Below are positions 6,888 to 12,791 of a stretch of DNA of 12,791 nucleotides, piece after piece. The notes under the pieces were generated by a model. The model saw only the letters and a list, made by a program, of their open reading frames with translations, made no database searches and had not been told where the DNA came from. Made by a program: the position numbers and the translations under genes. Source of the stretch: an uncultured archaeon (GTDB lineage Archaea > Asgardarchaeota > Lokiarchaeia > Sigyniarchaeales > Promethearchaeaceae); the NCBI GenBank assembly GCA_964426185.1, contig CAYRPF010000084.1, positions 1 to 12,791 of the forward strand, in the 5' to 3' direction. The stretch's first letter is position 1. Each line of letters begins with the position of its first letter.

Positions 6888-8477
6888 TTATATCTGCATT
6901 TTTTTACCCAAAAGGGCATGCCAAAGCATTGAGCTAATCGACATGCCTTCTTTATATGATTTTCCGCCCATTATAAGTGATTCCACCTTTAATTCTCCCA
7001 ATTTATTCGGCTCCATCTGAAGAGGATTTTTATTCAAAATGACCATATCCGCAATTTTTCCGACTTCCAGCGAACCGCGCTCGTTCTCTTCAAAACTCGT
7101 ATAAGCAATCTCATAAGTATACATTTTCAGGGCTTCTTGAATTGTCAAAGACTGGGAAGGATCATAGGGATGGTTGCAGGCTCCATATATTCCATCAATC
7201 GGATTGGGATGAGTTACAGGTCCGTCGGATCCGCCGCTCAGATGAACTCCGGAATCCACAATCCTTCGTAAAGGAGAACTGGTTTTTACCCGATCTCCCA
7301 AGATTTCGTTTAAATAACTTTCCGGTTCCAGCGGCGATACCAAAAATCCCGGCTGTAACGTGATTCCAATTCCCAATTTCTTGCATTTTTCGATATCTTC
7401 TGGCGATATTAAACAGGCATGAATTAAGGTATGGCGGTGATTTTCACGGGGAAAATCTTTAAGTGCCGCTTCCAGAGCGTGAATGGCTTGTTTTACTGCA
7501 GCATCTCCAATCACATGCATAGCAATCTGCAATCCCGCCCTGTTTGCAGCCTTTGTAAATTTAATTACTTCTTCATCAGAATGAAACAAAATCCCTTTGT
7601 TATTTGGGTCATTACTATAGGGTTTCGTGAGAGCTGCATCACATGCCCCGAAGCAACCATCCAAGGCCGTGGCAAAACACCCCCCTATTCGGGGAAGTTT
7701 ACGCTTTAGAACTTTATTTACCTCCATGGTTTGAAAAAACAAACGAGTTTGAATGTTATTTTTATGAGCCTGTGCCCGCCCTATCATCATGGCCAAGGTC
7801 ACATCCATATCTTTGGGGAACCCTATGCTTTCCACAGAATGAATCAATCCCACCCCGTATTTGGCAATTTTATCATAACCTTTAATTATGCATTTAACCA
7901 AAGTAAGGGGAGATATATAAGAAGTGGCAAAATCTAACCCTTCATAATAAGCTTCGTTGAAAAGATGTCCCACATCTTCCTTAAAACCTCGGCATTTTCG
8001 AACTTTCTCGGGAAAAATGTTCATCATAGCGGAATTAGCCACTAAACTATGTCCATCGTACCCAATAATAATTAGGGGCTTCTCTGAGAAGATTTTATCG
8101 AGTTCCTCACGAGTAATCAGACGTTTTTCGGCTAAGCTGTGTTTTGAAATACCAAAACCTGCAATAATTTTGAATTTTTTTGATTCTGGGATGAAGTTCT
8201 TAATTATTTTTCCGATATCTGCAAAATTTCTAGCCTCACGCACGTCGAAATAAGCAGAGGCAATTGTAGCCCAATTCGAATAATGAATATGCCCGTCACC
8301 GAAAGCCGGAAGTAAAGCTTTTTCACCTAACTCAATTACACTATTTTTTGATGCAGCAGAATATTCAAGGGGAATATCATTTCCTATATAAACAATTCGG
8401 CTTCCATCAGAAATCAGGTACGAAAAAACGTGATCGTGTTTATCACAGGTGATAATTGTTCCATGATAGATTTTCAT
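6888..8477 (-). CDS. Metal-dependent amidohydrolase (Amidohydro_3, YtcJ-like)
   Basis: LLPAFGDGHIH (HxH), DGHSLVANS, MHVIGDAA, LIHA, GGSDGP and ERGSLEVGKIADMVIL motifs. Confidence 0.9.
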   Translation of the reverse strand: MKIYHGTIITCDKHDHVFSYLISDGSRIVYIGNDIPLEYSAASKNSVIELGEKALLPAFGDGHIHYSNWATIASAYFDVREARNFADIGKIIKNFIPESKKFKIIAGFGISKHSLAEKRLITREELDKIFSEKPLIIIGYDGHSLVANSAMMNIFPEKVRKCRGFKEDVGHLFNEAYYEGLDFATSYISPLTLVKCIIKGYDKIAKYGVGLIHSVESIGFPKDMDVTLAMMIGRAQAHKNNIQTRLFFQTMEVNKVLKRKLPRIGGCFATALDGCFGACDAALTKPYSNDPNNKGILFHSDEEVIKFTKAANRAGLQIAMHVIGDAAVKQAIHALEAALKDFPRENHRHTLIHACLISPEDIEKCKKLGIGITLQPGFLVSPLEPESYLNEILGDRVKTSSPLRRIVDSGVHLSGGSDGPVTHPNPIDGIYGACNHPYDPSQSLTIQEALKMYTYEIAYTSFEENERGSLEVGKIADMVILNKNPLQMEPNKLGELKVESLIMGGKSYKEGMSISSMLWHALLGKKMQI

Positions 8478-8743
8478 GTTAAATATCTTTGCTGATAGCC
8501 CATAAAAAAATTCTCATTAAATCTGAAATGGTTGAAATAGTTAAAAATTTGAAAAAAGAGTTAGAAATTGAAATATCGTTGATTAGGCATTTTATAAACA
8601 TAACATTTGTATTTAAAATTTATATTCAAACGTTAGAATAATAATGAAAAATCGAAATGTATTTTCAGTTGGAACAATTAAAACAAAAATTTTTTGTTCG
8701 ATGCCGCTTTATTTGGTGATAAGTATTATAATATGTGATAAAA

Positions 8744-8944
8744 ATGATAATTCCCATGAGATGTTTCAGTTGTGGAAAGCCGATTGCTCATTTATATGAA
8801 CCTTATGAACAAATGCGCAAAGAAGGCATTCCTATCGAAGAGATTTGGAAAAAATTAGGAGTTACTCGATTTTGTTGTCAACGTATGCTTGTCAGCCACG
8901 TGAATATCATTGATGATTTATTAAATTTCAATCGTTTGCAATAA
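8744..8944 (+). CDS. rpoN: DNA-directed RNA polymerase subunit N (Rpo10/RPB10)
   Basis: MIIPMRCFSCGK...LGVTRFCCQRMLVSHV is the Rpo10 signature; ATG8744 gives the conserved MIIP N-terminus, with GTGAT upstream as a likely SD. Confidence 0.96.
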   Translation: MIIPMRCFSCGKPIAHLYEPYEQMRKEGIPIEEIWKKLGVTRFCCQRMLVSHVNIIDDLLNFNRLQ

Positions 8945-9098
8945 GTTAACTATAAGAAATATTTTTTACTTCACTACTTTTATTACCCAAAATTCTGATT
9001 CCTTCATTTTCATTTAGTTCAGTATGATTTAGGGACAATAAAGCGCTAACAAAATCCATAAATTTTTTGGTTTGTGGGGGAATAAATAATCGAATAAC

Positions 9099-10628
9099 AT
9101 GAACGAAATCTCAATCGTACCAGATGAACCGCTTGATGAAACGGAACAACATTTAATTTCACTAGTAGAGGAACATCGCCAAGAACTTATTACGCTCCTT
9201 AAAGATCTTATTAAATTTGACAGCCGGACCTATGAGTCTTCTCACTATAGCGATCTTCATCCAATAGCCAATTTTTGTGTGAAAAAACTGAATGAATGGG
9301 GGATTAACACCCAGGTGATAGAGTGCCCTCATAAAGGTCAATTACTAAACCAGACTTGGCCGAATCTTATTGCGTCCTTGAAAGGAAAAAATTGGAAAGA
9401 TCGGCGTTTGGGATTTATGGGACATTTAGATATCGTCCCTTTTAATCCCGATACTTGGACATCTATCTCGGACCCTTTACAGCCTGAAATCAAAGAAGGA
9501 AAACTCTACGGGCGCGGTGCCATCGATATGAAGAGCGGCGTGGCGGCACAAATGATGTCAATCTATTTGTTAAAGATATCAGGAATCGAAATCCACGGTG
9601 AACTGCAGTTAATCCTTACCCCTGACGAAGAAATCAGCGGAAAATATGGTGCGGACTTTTTAGCAACCCAATATCCAGAAATTGCTTCTGCCACTGCTCG
9701 AATTATAGCAGAACCCACTGGACAGCCACCGATTAAAAGTCCAGCAATTATAATTGGAGAAAAGGGTGCAAATTGGCTGAGATTGCATTTTCATGGAGCT
9801 TCAGGGCACGGATCTCAACCCAAACCCAAATCAAATGCAATTAATAAAGCTGCCCGTTTTATATATCTAGCCCAAAATCATTTGAAGTTTCGAGACCCAA
9901 AACCACCTTTCACCATAAAAGATCTGGTTACAGGCATGATCTCCCGCTTTGGATTGAAAAATCTGCTGGGATCAATACTAAAACCCGACTCAGAAAAAAA
10001 AAAACCAGATATTATTAAGCAGACCAAAACTACAAATAACAAAAATTCCAACCAAGATTACAACGAAGATGGAGTAAACTTCAACACATTCCTCCATACT
10101 AGCATAAGTTTCAATCAAATTCAAGCGGGAACCAAAACTAATATCATTCCAGATACTTGCACACTCGAAATTGATGTAAGGGCACTGCCTGGAATGACTT
10201 TAACTCAAATTTTACAAGATATTACAACTTATGCCAATAAATTAAATTATCGAGTGGAGTTAGACGAAAAACTTTCGAAAGATTATTCTATTAAGCAGAA
10301 GCAGAAGATTTTGAAAAGAAATCCTGATATCACAGTGAAAGTGCTGGTGCATAATGACGGCGGGAGTGAACCGATGGACGCCGAGCTGACAAGATTACTG
10401 GCAATTCAATTTGAAAAGATTTACCGAACCAGACATCTTTTCTTTCTCTCTCCAGGAATGACCGATGCCAGTCACTTTCGAAAACAAGGGATTAAAAATA
10501 TAGTTGTATTCGGTCCCAGCGGAGATAATGCACACAATGCCGATGAATTTGTATATCTTGAAGATTTAGTTCAATGCACTAAGGTTTATTTGACTACCGC
10601 CTATAAATTTTTAACCAAAGTGAATTAA
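9099..10628 (+). CDS. M20 family metallo-hydrolase (ArgE/DapE-like deacylase/peptidase)
   Basis: GHLDIVP, GKLYGRGAIDMKSG, PDEE, AEPT, GHGSQP, NIIPD.C, TDA and AHNADE motifs. Confidence 0.92.
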   Translation: MNEISIVPDEPLDETEQHLISLVEEHRQELITLLKDLIKFDSRTYESSHYSDLHPIANFCVKKLNEWGINTQVIECPHKGQLLNQTWPNLIASLKGKNWKDRRLGFMGHLDIVPFNPDTWTSISDPLQPEIKEGKLYGRGAIDMKSGVAAQMMSIYLLKISGIEIHGELQLILTPDEEISGKYGADFLATQYPEIASATARIIAEPTGQPPIKSPAIIIGEKGANWLRLHFHGASGHGSQPKPKSNAINKAARFIYLAQNHLKFRDPKPPFTIKDLVTGMISRFGLKNLLGSILKPDSEKKKPDIIKQTKTTNNKNSNQDYNEDGVNFNTFLHTSISFNQIQAGTKTNIIPDTCTLEIDVRALPGMTLTQILQDITTYANKLNYRVELDEKLSKDYSIKQKQKILKRNPDITVKVLVHNDGGSEPMDAELTRLLAIQFEKIYRTRHLFFLSPGMTDASHFRKQGIKNIVVFGPSGDNAHNADEFVYLEDLVQCTKVYLTTAYKFLTKVN

Positions 10629-10642
10629 AAAAATTAAAAAAA

Positions 10643-11377
10643 TTAAAAATCGAAAGTAAATTCATCTTTACTCTTTTTCTTCTTCTTCTTTTTTGCTCCT
10701 TTTCCAGCTACACGTGGTTCAGTTTCATAGGGAACATAACTGGCAAAAGCGGCACCAGTTTCAACTGAAAGAGAATCTTCTTCTTCATGACTCCAACCCA
10801 ACTCTTTCTTTGAAAAACTGAAAAATAAGGCTTGAATGGTCCAAAAGATGGTTAAAATACCATTTAGAATAAAATATACTTCGATAAATCCATTTTCGTC
10901 ATAACTCTGAACCATAAAACCAATACCAAATACTCCTTGCACTACCAAGATAACCAAAAAGAGAAAAATGCCCGTAATTAGAGTTATTTTATTGTGTTTC
11001 CTAAAACTAATACAACCAAGTAAGTAAAATATTGCCACAAATACGGAAACAGCATTAAAAATTAATAAAGTATTGGCATACATCAAATTAAACAGCCAAA
11101 AAGCCAATTCTGTTAGAAAAACCAAAATTTCTAAAATACTGGCTACCACCATCATACCAGTGCTTTTCACAAAACCAGAAAAGAACACTAACAACATTCC
11201 AAATATAAAAAGTCCATGTCCTATTATTATTAAGGCTACAGGTGTAGAAGTTAATACTGAAGAAGCTGCACGGAAGCTGGCCCAGAGACTCACAGAAGAT
11301 ACTCGAAAAAACATTGAAACTCTTAAAAATGCTCCGAGCGCAGCTATTATAAATCCAATTAAAGCCCCGATTTTCAT
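10643..11377 (-). CDS. Hypothetical membrane protein (about 6 TM) with charged C-terminal tail
   Basis: Highly hydrophobic first 190 aa; the tail has an acidic patch, a K7 run and ends DEFTFDF. Confidence 0.75.
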   Translation of the reverse strand: MKIGALIGFIIAALGAFLRVSMFFRVSSVSLWASFRAASSVLTSTPVALIIIGHGLFIFGMLLVFFSGFVKSTGMMVVASILEILVFLTELAFWLFNLMYANTLLIFNAVSVFVAIFYLLGCISFRKHNKITLITGIFLFLVILVVQGVFGIGFMVQSYDENGFIEVYFILNGILTIFWTIQALFFSFSKKELGWSHEEEDSLSVETGAAFASYVPYETEPRVAGKGAKKKKKKKSKDEFTFDF

Positions 11378-11506
11378 AATTCTTCACTTGAATAATCTTG
11401 TTTATGTAATCAATTTGGGAAAGTTAAAATGATATCCCCAGCTTGATGATTATGTTTATTATCATCGCGATAAACTAATAAGTCTTTTGCCTCTCATATT
11501 CATAAT

Positions 11507-12790
11507 TCATCCCGCTTTCGGCTTTTTACGAGATTTTTTATAAAGAGAAGGATTTTTACACGCACTTGAATCTCTTTTATTACCTTGTTTCGCTGCTGGT
11601 ACTTTAGGTAGTTCTTTTTTAAATTCATCGTGATGAGAAATTATTTCTGTTTTAGCCTTAAGTAAATCAGTGAAATCATGGGGAACTTGTGAGTTAATTT
11701 CCTTGGAACTTTCAGTTAAATCGGATTCAGTTCCCATGTCCGAACTTAATTCTTTCGTTTTCTTTGTAGTTTTCTTGGTTGTAATTTCTTTCGATTCTAT
11801 TAAGGGTTTATCTGGAGCAATTTGCTTCCTTTTCCGGAAAAGCTGAATAAAAGCATTTTTAGCTTTAAACGTAAATGTTCCAAGATGAATAAAAGGTTTC
11901 TTTAATTTGCTCATACTACTGTTTGAGGTGGTTTCTTTTCTAACTAAATCACCCTCAGTAGTATATTTTTCCTGAATTCCCTCTTTGAATTGAGTATCTG
12001 TGGTTTTTTGTAGTAAGTCTTGATAAGTTCCATAGTCTTTGGTTTTCTTACGATAATAAGTTAAAGCACCAATGGATCCGGCAAACATGATACCCAAAAT
12101 AATAATTACAATCCATAGATTTCGAATTTTTTTCCTAAAATCTTCTTCCATTTGATTTAATTGATTTATCCCTTCAGTGTCTTCAATAACCACTACTACC
12201 GTATCACTGATTGTTTCGCCTGTACTGGTAGTCAAAACACATTGAAATACATACTGCCCAGGTTTCAAGCCATTCAAAGGAAGGGTAATTGGCAAACCAC
12301 TAGACCATTCACCTTCATATACAACTTCTCCATTCTGGTAAATTACAACCGTATCTGCAAAAGGGGAATACCCAACCCAAGTTAAGGTTTGATTAGTGTC
12401 ACTTGAATTGAATTGAAGGTTATCAAGGGCTGTTAATACGGGATTGGGTTCCAATACTGTAAAAGAAACAACATCTGAAATAGATTTCCCAGTGGTTGAA
12501 TTCATTACGCATTCAAAAAAATGTACGCCTAAGCTGAAATTGTTAATTGAAAAAGTTATAGGAATATCCGACTGCCATACATTTTGATATACCAAAATGC
12601 CGTTCTCATATATTACGACAATATCGGGAGTTAAAGATTTCCCGATCCATGATATATTTACCGCACCAGGGACTAAAGTTGCGTTATAAAAAAGAATGAT
12701 ATCTTCAGGATGAGTAATATTCAAAGAAGGCTCTATCACGGCAATATGCACCAAATCAGAAATAAATTCGCCACTCGTCGCATTTAACCA
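11507..12790 (-). CDS. Single-pass cell-surface protein with tandem ~90-aa Ig-like repeats (5' end outside the window)
   Basis: The frame stays open beyond TTG12754 to the window edge (WLNATSGEFISDLVHIAV, matching the repeat ends). Two full repeats, many NxS/T sequons, TM LWIVIIILGIMFAGSIGALTYY followed by RKK, and a Lys-rich cytoplasmic tail. Confidence 0.85.
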   Translation of the reverse strand, partial: WLNATSGEFISDLVHIAVIEPSLNITHPEDIILFYNATLVPGAVNISWIGKSLTPDIVVIYENGILVYQNVWQSDIPITFSINNFSLGVHFFECVMNSTTGKSISDVVSFTVLEPNPVLTALDNLQFNSSDTNQTLTWVGYSPFADTVVIYQNGEVVYEGEWSSGLPITLPLNGLKPGQYVFQCVLTTSTGETISDTVVVVIEDTEGINQLNQMEEDFRKKIRNLWIVIIILGIMFAGSIGALTYYRKKTKDYGTYQDLLQKTTDTQFKEGIQEKYTTEGDLVRKETTSNSSMSKLKKPFIHLGTFTFKAKNAFIQLFRKRKQIAPDKPLIESKEITTKKTTKKTKELSSDMGTESDLTESSKEINSQVPHDFTDLLKAKTEIISHHDEFKKELPKVPAAKQGNKRDSSACKNPSLYKKSRKKPKAG

Positions 12791-12791
12791 A

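Noticed and set aside
7142-8253. Six short ORFs overlapping the amidohydrolase
   Set aside because: Alternative-frame or antisense shadows of a motif-complete gene.
11073-12385. ORFs 11073-11432, 11088-11387 and 12161-12385
   Set aside because: Overlap better-supported membrane and surface protein genes.
12752-12754. TTG start given by the ORF track for the surface protein
   Set aside because: The frame is open to the window edge and the upstream residues continue the repeat pattern.
1-12791. CRISPR array, tRNA/rRNA, transposase or integrase
   Set aside because: No repeat-spacer array, cloverleaf or recombinase motifs found by eye; a covariance-model search would be needed to exclude small RNAs.

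Overview
AT-rich archaeal window. The eS6, eL24, L7Ae, eS28 and RpoN genes make it clearly archaeal, and the Ig-like surface repeats suggest Asgard/Lokiarchaeia (inference). Housekeeping genes are dispersed among accessory genes. The order is: eS6-eL24; a three-gene module of a corrinoid (B12)-binding protein, an atypical UroD/MtaA-fold protein and a PAS sensor ending in a Cys4 Zn-ribbon rather than a kinase; a membrane protein with a FYVE-spaced Cys8 finger; L7Ae-eS28 (eS28 is missing from the ORF track because it has no ATG/GTG/TTG start); a membrane protein; a YtcJ-like amidohydrolase; a stand-alone rpoN; an M20 hydrolase; a membrane protein; and a 5'-truncated Ig-repeat surface protein. 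The main leads are (1) a kinase-less corrinoid/methyl sensing module, (2) two genes that appear to start at AUA behind GGAGG Shine-Dalgarno sites, (3) a K-turn that sequesters the L7Ae ribosome-binding site, and (4) a FYVE-like finger in an archaeal membrane protein.
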